DNA of 64,000 nt. It comes from Oligoflexia bacterium. GTDB taxonomy: Bacteria > Bdellovibrionota > UBA1018. The stretch covers positions 1 to 64,000 of the forward strand of contig CAVWVI010000001.1 of assembly GCA_963758495.1 (NCBI GenBank), read 5' to 3'. Shown piece after piece: positions 54,581 to 64,000 of this stretch; within the stretch, counting starts at the first letter, position 1, and each line of letters begins with the position of its first letter. Below the pieces are notes generated by a model that saw nothing but the letters and a program-made list of their open reading frames with translations, did no database searches and was not told where the DNA came from. The position numbers and the translations under genes are program-made.

Positions 54581-56397
54581 ACTTGAGTTTGAGTGTTATC
54601 AAATAATACATCTTGACTCTCTTGGGCTAAAGCATTTTTACAAAGTAAAGATTTTGGGCCTACACAATTCTTTTTCCATTGAAGTTGTAATGGATTTTCT
54701 GATGGGCCATCCACATATAGACAAGCTAAAGTGGGATCTAAAGTACGACAGAGATCAATCATGGCAGAGAGCGCGCGTTTTCTGACTGAGAGCGAATGAG
54801 TCAGTTTTGTTTTTTTCAGAAATTTATGACCTTCTAAGGTCGAGTGATATTCCTTCATCATAGAAGTAAAACTGCTTTTTACGAGAGTATTTCCTAATTC
54901 ATTAATGAGTCTTTGGTAATTGAGGCGAGACGAATTACCGGCTAACGGATTTTTATACTGTTCAATCGACTTCTTGAGTTGTTCAAAGTATTTTTGAGAC
55001 TCCCAAGTAGTTGCAATTCCGTTTGGATTCATAATTAAGTCAGGTGGATCTGCATCTTTCAAGGTTTTAACATCAAGTTCTTTTGATGTTTTAACATCAA
55101 GTTCTTTTGATGAGATCGGTTTTCGGATCGATTCAAAGTATTTTTTTAAAGTCAGTAGGCTCCAATAGGAGTCAGTTAAAAGTGTCACTGTTTCAGGTTG
55201 ATGGGTGACCGTCCAGTTAAATGAATTGATTTTATTACAAGTGAGTTGAATGGACGTAATGGCTGTTTTAATAAAGGGAGGATGTGCGTCTGGAGCTTTT
55301 AATTCCGAAATTTTTCGTTGAATACACCAAGCTTGTAATGTGTCAAACAGGGAGTAGGATTGAAGGGTGAGATCCTTTGCTTCTTTCATTTGGGAAAGAA
55401 ACAAGTCGGCGCTGCTTCCTATTTCTCTCAGCTCTTTAATATCTTCCAGAAGATCGGGGGCTTTCTCTTTGATTTTTTCTATAGATTGCTCAGTCGTAAA
55501 TGCGGGACCTGTTTTGAATGTTGTGTCTAAACCATTAATGATGAGGTCTTTCTCAGTAGCAAATAGAAGACACGATGTTTTTTGCATTTGTCGGTATAAA
55601 CAAAGAAAAGATCCGCGTTCGTTGATTTCATCGTACTTTTGAAAGACTTCAAGGGCCTTATCGATTTCATCTCGAAAGATAGGGATATTTCCAAACAGTT
55701 GCCCTCCTGATGCAATCAGAATTCCTTGCCAGCCTCCCATGAAAAGTCCTGTGATTGTCATAATCTGACCTATCAGTTTTTGAATGACAACTTTATCGCT
55801 TATAGAGGTAATGCATTCTCGTTGCATCATGTCGGACGCCGTGAGAACGAGCATGTTGAGTGCCCCTGCCTGCTGAGTCTGAGTGTTGATCAGACTTTGC
55901 GTAGCACTGGCAGAAATTGAAGCATTAGCAATAAATTGATATTTCATGGCGTCTGAGAGTTGAGATTGAGAGGCTTTCATTCGATCATTGAGGGCGGAAC
56001 ATTGATCTCCTCGAGTTTTCTTTATATTAGAGACGGAATCTCTTACTTTAGTGACGAGCTCTTTCACTGCTAGAGAGAGTTCGGGTGGCATTGAGTCGAG
56101 GGGACAAGAGGAAAGCGGGTCACTGGTTGAGATGTTAGCGTATTGAATGATGGGATCGTTACGGTCTTTTTGAAATTGAATTTTAGACAAGCTGGGATCA
56201 CTGGGTTGCGTAGGCTGTGGTGGAGGTTGTGCAAGCTGTGTAAGTTGCGTACTCTGTGTAGGATTATTTTGAGTGATTCCCTGATTTTGCTTCGCTACAG
56301 AACCCTTCAGTTGAGCTCGTCCAGATGCGATTGCAAAAGGAGCTGTATAAAAGAAACTACAGAAAAGAATACTCAAAATACAAAATAAAAACTTCAC
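54514..56397 (-). CDS. Exported Cys-containing hypothetical protein
   Basis: 627-aa ORF with signal peptide; no family recognised. Confidence 0.75.
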   Translation of the reverse strand: MKFLFCILSILFCSFFYTAPFAIASGRAQLKGSVAKQNQGITQNNPTQSTQLTQLAQPPPQPTQPSDPSLSKIQFQKDRNDPIIQYANISTSDPLSSCPLDSMPPELSLAVKELVTKVRDSVSNIKKTRGDQCSALNDRMKASQSQLSDAMKYQFIANASISASATQSLINTQTQQAGALNMLVLTASDMMQRECITSISDKVVIQKLIGQIMTITGLFMGGWQGILIASGGQLFGNIPIFRDEIDKALEVFQKYDEINERGSFLCLYRQMQKTSCLLFATEKDLIINGLDTTFKTGPAFTTEQSIEKIKEKAPDLLEDIKELREIGSSADLFLSQMKEAKDLTLQSYSLFDTLQAWCIQRKISELKAPDAHPPFIKTAITSIQLTCNKINSFNWTVTHQPETVTLLTDSYWSLLTLKKYFESIRKPISSKELDVKTSKELDVKTLKDADPPDLIMNPNGIATTWESQKYFEQLKKSIEQYKNPLAGNSSRLNYQRLINELGNTLVKSSFTSMMKEYHSTLEGHKFLKKTKLTHSLSVRKRALSAMIDLCRTLDPTLACLYVDGPSENPLQLQWKKNCVGPKSLLCKNALAQESQDVLFDNTQTQVYFNSLCGVDSSGTAGNRLSSP

Positions 56398-56492
56398 ACT
56401 GAACCCCCGCCTCTTTTTTTGGAGGCTTCTAGGGCAGTGCGTCTACCATGGTTTTTGTTCTTAAGTACAGAAAATAACGAAACTGCTTAAAT

Positions 56493-57731
56493 TTAGGCCT
56501 TCAGAGGAAGGTGCGTTATATGAGTCCAATTTTTATATCTTGTTAACAGCAGAAGTCCAGGGAGCGCTAAAAGGATTGCAATGAGAAAATAAGCTTCCCA
56601 GCCGACAGTTTTAGCAAGCCAACCGGTAGGTACACCCACTAGATTTCTTGAAATAGCCATAAGGCTAGTCAAGAGAGCATATTGAGTGGCGGTGAACTTT
56701 GGATTGCAAAGACTCATCAGGAATGCAAAATAAGCAACGTTTCCCATGCCACTGAAAAAATTTTCTACTGCAATGGTAGTCATCATCATTGAATAATTGT
56801 GGCCAAGATGTGCAAGTAGATAAAAGCAGAATCCGGAAACTCCTTGAAGAATCCCAAATACCCAAAGAGATTTGTGGATACCTAGCTTTGTCATCCACGC
56901 CCCTCCGAAAAAAGTTCCTGCTAATGTAGCAACCAGTCCAAATCCTTTGGTCACAGCCGCAATTTCTGTTTTTGTAAAACCCAAACCCAAAATAAAAGGT
57001 GTCATGAGAGAAAGAGTAACGACCACATCTAGCTTATAAATCGTGACGAAGGTGAGGAGCTCAAGCGCTCCTTTACGACGAAAAAATTCCACAAATGGAT
57101 CGAGAAGGGCTTCCTTCAGGCTTTTAGGTGCGCGGGGTGCAAGAGCAGGTTCAGGTGAAAAAAAGCTCGTGACCAGTCCTACAGTCATGATTGCAGCCAT
57201 TAAAAGATAAACTGTATTCCAAGAGTAATGGTCAGCTAAGATGAGAGCAATCGCTCCCGAAAAAAGCAGGGCGACACGAAATCCTAAGTTTGCGACGGCC
57301 GCTCCCATGCCATATTCTTGCTGATCTAAAATCTCAGCTCGATAAGCATCTACTACAATGTCTTGGCTTGCACTTGAGAATGCAACACAGACCGCAAATA
57401 TCGCAATGAGCATAGGTGTATCAAAGGGATCACAAAAGGCCATGAGGACAATCGACAGGATCAGACTCACTTGTGTAATGATCATCCACCCCCTGCGACG
57501 ACCCAGAAAGGGAGGGATGTAGCGATCCATTAAGGGTGACCAGAGAAATTTGAGGCTGTAGGGAAGCCCCACTAAAGAGAAAATGCCAATGACAGTCAGG
57601 TCTACATTTCGTGTAGTCATCCAGGCTTGAAGGGTTCCTCCCGTGAGAGCCAGGGGGAGTCCTGAGGAAAATCCCAGTAGACAAACGGATAGAAGACGTC
57701 TGTTGAGGAGGGTATTAAGAAATGAGTTCAT
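56493..57731 (-). CDS. ampG: AmpG muropeptide MFS permease
   Basis: LGFSSGLP, LKFLWSP, GRRRGW, SASQDIVVDAYR, TATQYALL. Confidence 0.95.
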   Translation of the reverse strand: MNSFLNTLLNRRLLSVCLLGFSSGLPLALTGGTLQAWMTTRNVDLTVIGIFSLVGLPYSLKFLWSPLMDRYIPPFLGRRRGWMIITQVSLILSIVLMAFCDPFDTPMLIAIFAVCVAFSSASQDIVVDAYRAEILDQQEYGMGAAVANLGFRVALLFSGAIALILADHYSWNTVYLLMAAIMTVGLVTSFFSPEPALAPRAPKSLKEALLDPFVEFFRRKGALELLTFVTIYKLDVVVTLSLMTPFILGLGFTKTEIAAVTKGFGLVATLAGTFFGGAWMTKLGIHKSLWVFGILQGVSGFCFYLLAHLGHNYSMMMTTIAVENFFSGMGNVAYFAFLMSLCNPKFTATQYALLTSLMAISRNLVGVPTGWLAKTVGWEAYFLIAILLALPGLLLLTRYKNWTHITHLPLKA

Positions 57732-58029
57732 TTGAATAGCGTAAACATTAAGCTTTTCAAATGTCAAAAATTTATTCTGAAAAAGCTCATCTAAGCAATC
57801 TAATTCATTATTAATGGGATTTTCGATCGTGGTTGTCCATAATTATGACTTAATGCGGAGTATTTAAAAACGGAGATTAATTTTTCACAATTAAATAAAT
57901 TTAGATTAATGATTATTTTGTCTATTTTTTTATTCCTATTGTGAATATTTTTTTTTAATGTTACATAGCGAAAATATTAAAAACTATTAATGTATTTTAA
58001 ATAGTGCGTATACTAAATAAAAGGTATTT

Positions 58030-59456
58030 ATGAAAAAACTTATTTCGTTATTTATGATTGCTGTAACTCTAGGCGTGAACGTTAGCGTTAGTTACGGTAT
58101 GGAAGCCTCTGTGATCGATTGCTCACCGGAGAATCAGTTCGTTTCCGAAGAACTTCAATTACCTTCATCATCGGAAGATCAAACAACTCCTCACGGTGTG
58201 TTTAATGAAAATTCAACACCACTGCAAGAAATGAATCAAAGCGAGAGTGAATTAGAACATCAGAGTTTTTGTAAGGCTTTCTTACATAGATTAGGTAATT
58301 TAAAAGGAAATTTCTCTGGTTTAAACCTTGGAAAAATTACAAAATTGGTTGTTTTAGCTACTGCAGTAGTGGGTGCGAATCATGGGACTGTATTGGCAGA
58401 CTTCGGGACTTCCAGTTCAGTTGATGTGATACCTTTCAGCTCGAGCGGTGCAGTTTTTAGTGCAGTTTCTAGCGCAGCTTCCAGTGTAGTTTCTAATGCA
58501 GTTTCTAGTGCAGCTTCCAGTGCAGTTTCTAATGCAGTTTCTAGTGCAGCTTTCAGTGCAGCTTCCAGTGCAGCTTCCAGTGCAGCTTCCAGTGTAGTTT
58601 CTAATGCAGTTTCTAGCGCAGCTTCCAGTGCAGCTTCCAGTGCAGCTTCCAGTGCAGTTTCTAATGCAGTTTCTAGTGCAGCTTCCAGTGCAGTTTCTAG
58701 TGCAGCTTCCAGTGCAGCTTCCAGTGCAGTTTCTAGCGCAGCTTCTAGTGCAGCTTCCAGTGCAGCTGTTCTAGTGCAGCTTCTAGTGCAGCTTCTAGTG
58801 CAGCTTCTAGTGCAGCTTCTAGTGCAGCTTCTAGTGCAGTTTCTAGCGCAGCTTCTAGTTCGACTGATGTAGCTTCTAGTTCGACTCATATAGCTTCCAG
58901 TTCGACTGGTGTAGCTTCCAGTTCGACTCATATAGCTTCTAGTTCGACTGGTGTAGCTTCTAGTTCGACTGGTGTAGCTTCTAGTTCGACTCATGTAGCT
59001 TCTAGTTCGACTGGTGTAGCTTCTAGTTCGACTGGTGTAGCTTCTAGTTCGACTCATATAGCTTCCAGTTCGACTGGTGTAGCTTCTAGTTCGACTCATA
59101 TAGCTTCCAGTTCGACTGGTGTAGCTTCTAGTTCGACTCATATAGCTTCCAGTTCGACTGGTGTAGCTTCTAGTTCGACTCATATAGCTTCCAGTTCGAC
59201 TGGTGTAGCTTCCAGTTCGACTGGTGTAGCTTCTAGTTCGACTGGTGTAGCTTCTAGTTCGACTGGTGTAGTGAGCTGTCTCTGTAGCGATGGAACGAAT
59301 TGTCCTAATGAAGACCTACAATCCTGCCCTAACGTGAGTCAGTCAAGTTCAAGCTGGATTGACCATAACTTGTGGATTGTGCCAGTTGCCGGTGGATCAG
59401 CAATCATTTTGGGTGTTTTGGTAAAATCATTAGTAAATTTGCCTGCAGAGCAGTGA
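58030..59456 (+). CDS. Ser/Ala/Thr-rich membrane-anchored repeat protein with a 1-nt frameshift near 58768
   Basis: Signal peptide, SSAA/SSAV repeats; after restoring the frame come VASSSTG/IASSSTH repeats, a Cys motif and a C-terminal hydrophobic segment (ORF 59271-59456). Confidence 0.7.
58456..59267. repeat. Compound VNTR: about 32 x 12 bp, then 20 x 21 bp
   Basis: TC(C/T)AGTGCAG(C/T)T units, then (G/A)TAGCTTC(T/C)AGTTCGACT(GGT/CAT) units over 58848-59267. Confidence 0.95.
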
Positions 59457-59573
59457 GTCCTGCAATATTTAAAATTCACTATGCTGTCAGTGCCACTGAG
59501 TAGTGAATTAAATTATTTAATAAATATATAATTTATTAAAATGTATTAAAAATAAAAAGAGTATGACGTTCAT

Positions 59574-60488
59574 ATGAGTTTATTTATTTTTTTAGCACTT
59601 TTGAACATAGGGAATTCGTTTGCCGGAAAATTGGAGGCTGAAACAAGTCAAATGATTCATGCCGAAAATCAAAGAAAGTCCAAGCATCTGAATGTATTCA
59701 TCATTGCTCATGCTGATGATTGGCAGCTTTTCATGGGTGAGAACGCCTATAAACTATTGAGAAACGATAAAAATATATTTATCTACCTCACGGCAGGTGA
59801 TGCTGGTCATGATGAACCTTACTGGCTGGCTAGAGAGGCAGCGGCAATCGCATCTATTCACCATGCCCTAGGTTCTAAGGACTCATCTTCAGAAAATAAA
59901 TTTGAACAAGTTAAAGTGGGCAAGATGGTTCGGAGTATTCTCAGAGTAAAATCAGAAGAGAACATGAGTTACTACCTTCGTCTTCCTGATGGATTCCATC
60001 AAGGACAGGGGTCTAAGAACTACCAGAATGAATCGATATTCAAGCTATGGCATGAAGAAGTATTACAGGTAAATACGGTCGATAAAACCCAAAACTACTC
60101 AAAGAAAGAGCTGTTGGAAACGATTCATGCAATTATTTCATCAAATATGAATAAAAATGAAAGACTTACGATTCATGGTTTGGATACCGGCGCAAACTTA
60201 ATTAAAACCCACAGTGACCACTATGTTGCTTCTCAGGTCGCACATCATGTGGCTAAAAAATTCGAGAACTGTTCTGGAGTAATCTATAGCGATTATATAA
60301 TTTCAGAAAGACCAATCAATTTGGATCCTCTTCAATCTCACATTAAGAGCGAATTATTCAGAGCCTACGACGATTACATGAAGCGAGAGGTTTGCGAAAC
60401 GCGTTGGGACGATCACCGATATCAATCCTGGTTATATCGGTCGTATTCTCGCCAGCGATCCTGCTCTGATTTGGTTGACGGACTCTAA
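59574..60488 (+). CDS. Exported PIG-L/LmbE family deacetylase
   Basis: IAHADD, YLTAGDAG, LRLPDG, HSDH. Confidence 0.85.
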   Translation: MSLFIFLALLNIGNSFAGKLEAETSQMIHAENQRKSKHLNVFIIAHADDWQLFMGENAYKLLRNDKNIFIYLTAGDAGHDEPYWLAREAAAIASIHHALGSKDSSSENKFEQVKVGKMVRSILRVKSEENMSYYLRLPDGFHQGQGSKNYQNESIFKLWHEEVLQVNTVDKTQNYSKKELLETIHAIISSNMNKNERLTIHGLDTGANLIKTHSDHYVASQVAHHVAKKFENCSGVIYSDYIISERPINLDPLQSHIKSELFRAYDDYMKREVCETRWDDHRYQSWLYRSYSRQRSCSDLVDGL

Positions 60489-60560
60489 TCCGAGCATAAT
60501 CGACTTGTGACTCTTTTGAAGTGTTTACTCCGAGATTTGAAGCGAGAGTGCCGAGCTTTA

Positions 60561-60612
60561 TCAAATAAAAAGGGAGCTTACCTATTACTAGGTAAGCTCC
60601 CTTTTTATTTGA
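60561..60612. terminator. Bidirectional intrinsic terminator
   Basis: 24-bp perfect IR (…AAAAAGGGAGCTTACCTA-TTAC-TAGGTAAGCTCCCTTTTT…) between convergent genes. Confidence 0.85.
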
Positions 60613-60652
60613 ATCAACAGGCTTTTAAAGCCTAAGAATTCAGTGAAAAATC

Positions 60653-61021
60653 TTAGAATCGGCTGCGTCGGCCACCAGCGCCGCCGCCACCAAAGCCACC
60701 ACGGCTTCCACGATCCCGATTGCCACCACCGAAACCACCACCACCACCACCAGCGCCGCGATTTTCACGGGGAGCCATTGGGCGAGCTTCGTTCACGGTC
60801 ATTGCGCGACCATTGTAATCGAGGCCATTGAGCTTAGTAATAGCAAGCTGGGCTTCTTCGTCTGAGGACATTTCAACAAAGCCGAAACCTTTGCTACGAC
60901 CGGAGTCGCGATCCATAATAATTTTCGCAGATTCTACAGTTCCACACTGTGTAAAAGTGTCATGAAGAATTTGATCGGTTGCGGAAAAAGGTAGGTTACC
61001 TACGTATAGTTTTTTACCCAT
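60653..61021 (-). CDS. RRM RNA-binding protein with Gly-rich tail
   Basis: KLYVGNL (RNP2), KGFGFVEM (RNP1), GGAGG RBS. Confidence 0.95.
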   Translation of the reverse strand: MGKKLYVGNLPFSATDQILHDTFTQCGTVESAKIIMDRDSGRSKGFGFVEMSSDEEAQLAITKLNGLDYNGRAMTVNEARPMAPRENRGAGGGGGGFGGGNRDRGSRGGFGGGGAGGRRSRF

Positions 61022-61318
61022 ATGACCTCCATAAGGCTGGGAGCCGCTAAAGAGGACGGGAGCCTTATGCTCGGGGACTCTGACGCGACGAAATAATGAC
61101 TGGCACAATAGCATACTAGCCTAAAAATGGTAACCAAAAATTAACTCAAGGGCTGACGAAAATGACAGAGGTCCCCTTTGGTTGTATAATTTTTAACGAA
61201 ATTTAACAAAATTTAACAAAATTTTAATGAAGTCTTTACTTTTTCTCGCCCGGTAGGTTCTGAGTTCTATTTGTAGTGAGTCGAAACCTTTTTTTATCTG
61301 TCTCGTATCACACCTACT

Positions 61319-62245
61319 ATGAAGAAGTTTTTTAAAGAAAAACCACAACAGAAGGGTGTTCGTTTGATGATTTCAAATCAGTTTTCAGTAAAATTCAAAC
61401 AAAGTGTGGCAATGGCAGTTTGCTTTTTTTCGCTTTTTTTAACCCCCCTTGCTTGTAATGCGGCTGATGGGGCAAGCGGAGCATTCAATTCTTCCTCACT
61501 CAGCGGCGATAGGGGTCGGTTTTCATCGTCGATACCTCGAGATTATAAAGTGGGTGCTCTCATATACCAAGGTGTCTCCACTGCTTACGGCGATGCAGAA
61601 GCGATTTCGAGTATTTTGGATAGCCATGGAGTCTCTTATCAAGTGGTTGATTCAAATGAACTCAATGGAATGACTTTGGATGATTTCGCTCAATTCGGAA
61701 TGATTATTTGGCCGGGAGGCTATGCCGGTCAAATGAGCGACAGTTTGTTTGCCAGCACGCGAGAAAATATTCGCAAAGCGGTTAATGAATTGGGAGTGAG
61801 CTATGTGGGTTTTTGCGCAGGGGCATTTATGGCAATCAGCCCGCCTGCTCAACCAGGTGAAGCCGGACCTGCATGGGGGTTGGCTATTATTCCCTCTTCA
61901 AACCTCCTTCCTTACTATCACTTAGAATATGATGGAATTGAAGATTCTATTGTGAGTGTTGATTTACCAGGTGGGAAAACTCGTTCGCTTTTATGGTGGG
62001 GTGGACCTACGCTACCAGAGGTTGCAAAGGGTGTGATTGCGCGATATTCGGACACTAAAGAACCTGCAATTACTGAAACATGGGCAGGTAAAGGGTTTGT
62101 GCTATTATCTGGACCTCATCCAGAATCTCCCGAAAATTGGCGTACAAAATTAGGCCTCTATGATCCAGATGGTTTGGATCAAGATATTGCTTGGGATATG
62201 TTTGATGCAGCACTGAAGCAGGTGCCAATGCCTGGATTAAACTAA
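61319..62245 (+). CDS. Exported BPL_N / class I glutamine amidotransferase-like protein
   Basis: WPGG, YVGFCAGAF, SGPHPE. Confidence 0.8.
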   Translation: MKKFFKEKPQQKGVRLMISNQFSVKFKQSVAMAVCFFSLFLTPLACNAADGASGAFNSSSLSGDRGRFSSSIPRDYKVGALIYQGVSTAYGDAEAISSILDSHGVSYQVVDSNELNGMTLDDFAQFGMIIWPGGYAGQMSDSLFASTRENIRKAVNELGVSYVGFCAGAFMAISPPAQPGEAGPAWGLAIIPSSNLLPYYHLEYDGIEDSIVSVDLPGGKTRSLLWWGGPTLPEVAKGVIARYSDTKEPAITETWAGKGFVLLSGPHPESPENWRTKLGLYDPDGLDQDIAWDMFDAALKQVPMPGLN

Positions 62246-62282
62246 TAAGCACTGCAAGGAGCTCTAAAGGAACTACTTTATT

Positions 62283-62957
62283 CTATTCTGTTAATTTCAA
62301 GATGACTGAAAGCACTTCTTGATCCACATCATGCCCTAAGTCGGGGAGAGTGTGAAAGCTTCCTTTTATCCCGCGATCTCTCAATTCCTGATAAGCTTTT
62401 TTTGCTTCATGATGAAGGATGATTCCATCTTTTTCTCCATGAATGGCATCGACTTTCCAATTCACTTTTTCAGGATAAAATTCCTTGGGGTGATTACAGG
62501 ACATTCCTATAGTGTGTACTACTTGTGTGATTTTACGCGCTATAAAAGGAGCTAAAAACCCACCTTGAGAAAATCCGATAATGCGAAGAGGTTGATTTTC
62601 TGCTTGGATCTTCTTCAAAAGCTCCTGAATTAATACAACACCCGTCTCTGGAGGAATTAAAGTTGTCCTAGTGCTATGATCATAAAAATACCATGCATAG
62701 GCTTCTTTTATTCCATCTTCTGTGAGTCGAGGTATAGGGAAAAATCCATTTGGAATAATAAATTGGATATGAGGTAAGCGTGCAAAAAGAGGTGCAAATC
62801 GCCGAACCATAGTGCTTGCTCGTTCTCCGTATCCATGAAGGAGAAGCCAAGTTTCTTTTGCCTCTTTTGAAGTGGGACCGATCAGCTCAGCATGGCAAGG
62901 AAGGGTTGGATTTCCCTCCCATTTAAAGGGACGTGGTTTTAAATTTTCAGTGTTCAT
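62283..62957 (-). CDS. Alpha/beta hydrolase (phospholipase/carboxylesterase)
   Basis: LLHGYG, GFSQGG, HGEKD, GH. Confidence 0.88.
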   Translation of the reverse strand: MNTENLKPRPFKWEGNPTLPCHAELIGPTSKEAKETWLLLHGYGERASTMVRRFAPLFARLPHIQFIIPNGFFPIPRLTEDGIKEAYAWYFYDHSTRTTLIPPETGVVLIQELLKKIQAENQPLRIIGFSQGGFLAPFIARKITQVVHTIGMSCNHPKEFYPEKVNWKVDAIHGEKDGIILHHEAKKAYQELRDRGIKGSFHTLPDLGHDVDQEVLSVILKLTE

Positions 62958-63580
62958 GATTTTAATCCTTTTGCAATTTGTTCAAGTTGTTTTCGATGAA
63001 TGTATTGATGGCTTCCCATCAGCCAATTCCACTGTCGTGCGGTGATAGGACCAAACCAAGGATGTACGAAGCGAGTTAATGAGTTTTGATCTCCTATCTG
63101 AGCACGACGTTGGTTCATTTCTGTTATTGCAAATGCCTCATATTGAGCTTCTGCTTTTGGCGCAGTGAGGATTCCTAGAGGTTTCACTCGAGCAATATTC
63201 GCTTCCCCTTGAGGGATTCGTTTATGAGTCAGTTCAACAATGACCTTTGCGATTTGAGACCCTACAATAACGAGATGTTCAAGGACCATTGCAGCTGACC
63301 AATAACGGGAACTGTCTTCAAGTCCTTGGAGTCTAGGTACTAATATGCAAGTAGAGAGATCCAGTTCCGGGATGGAGTGATAGATTTCAAGAATTTTTTG
63401 AGTTTCTCGGTTGAATTGCATTTCACAAGCTTTCCAAGAGACTTTCTTAGAAGCACGAGGAAGTATCCAGTAGCGCGCAACTAAGTGTTCAAGCCAGGGT
63501 AAGCCTTTTCCGGGTGCCTCAAGTTTGACTTCATTTGGGGTGGCGCGACGAGGGAGCGTTTTGGTATTTGAGAGTGGCAT
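62954..63580 (-). CDS. DinB family protein
   Basis: WSAAMVLEHL, HPWFG, H...H..Q. Confidence 0.82.
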   Translation of the reverse strand: MPLSNTKTLPRRATPNEVKLEAPGKGLPWLEHLVARYWILPRASKKVSWKACEMQFNRETQKILEIYHSIPELDLSTCILVPRLQGLEDSSRYWSAAMVLEHLVIVGSQIAKVIVELTHKRIPQGEANIARVKPLGILTAPKAEAQYEAFAITEMNQRRAQIGDQNSLTRFVHPWFGPITARQWNWLMGSHQYIHRKQLEQIAKGLKS

Positions 63581-63651
63581 AGAGAGTCCTTTTTTTTGAA
63601 CTATATATCCAGAAAGAGAGCAAGTCGCCACAGACTTCATTCATGAATGAC

Positions 63652-63870
63652 TTAATTAATGAATTTACAATGAAAATAGGTAGGCTTGTCTCGGTAGTCA
63701 CCCGTGGTTGTATTATATTTTCTGCTACCGTATTCGACGCCTGAGCACTGTCCACCATGTCGAATGCAATAGGTATCGCAGGTGTCAGATAAATGAGCAC
63801 AGGAGGGAGTGAAGACTGCGGATAGAGTAAGTAAAAGATAAATAATTTTCATATTCATACGTTCGTTCAT
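63652..63870 (-). CDS. Small Cys-rich putative lipoprotein (start may be 63852)
   Basis: MKIIYLLLTLSAVFTPSC lipobox-like sequence, four further Cys. Confidence 0.55.
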   Translation of the reverse strand: MNERMNMKIIYLLLTLSAVFTPSCAHLSDTCDTYCIRHGGQCSGVEYGSRKYNTTTGDYRDKPTYFHCKFIN

Positions 63871-64000
63871 ATGATCTATCGGTTACCTAGGAGAATCTAT
63901 TTAAAATTTTTATGAAGAATTTTATAGTATATTGCATCATTGGGGGACGCGGTGCATGAATATTCAAGAATTACAGGACAAATCAAAAGTATTAGAACCA

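Noticed and set aside
58380..59183. Minus-strand ORF with SRTRSY/ALEA repeats; array considered as possible CRISPR
   Set aside because: Antisense shadow of the tandem repeat. Units are contiguous with no unique spacers, and no cas genes are present.
61190..61230. AATTTAACAA direct repeats between divergent genes
   Set aside because: Could be regulator sites but are low-complexity and indistinguishable from the general micro-duplication pattern.

Overview
Chromosomal window from an AT-rich Gram-negative bacterium. The 16S/23S sequences and gene content suggest Bdellovibrionota (Oligoflexia-like); this is an inference and no database search was run. 1-7.4 kb is an accessory region at the 3' end of tRNA-Cys: an IS3-family element, a McrB/LlaJI-type restriction pair whose 5' part is broken by frameshifts, frameshifted AAC(6')-like GNAT and nucleotidyltransferase genes, and two related att-like end modules, one with a tRNA-His 3' remnant. 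Next come queE, an apparently stand-alone c-di-GMP-I riboswitch RNA, one rRNA operon (16S-tRNA-Ile-23S-5S), LPS genes, purB, an Flp pilin, fadJ, lolC/E, dnaK, several histidine kinases, tRNA-Leu, the liv operon, a GT39 mannosyltransferase, two tyrosine recombinases (one catalytically degenerate), ampG and other housekeeping genes. Most unusual: (i) signal-peptide-bearing eukaryote-like proteins (a mitochondrial carrier/SLC25 homologue, an ankyrin-sphingomyelinase fusion, a mucin-like Ser-rich protein); (ii) two unannotated sRNA candidates, one sigma54-driven with a C-rich loop; (iii) many in-frame micro-duplications inside housekeeping genes. Some frameshifts may be assembly errors.
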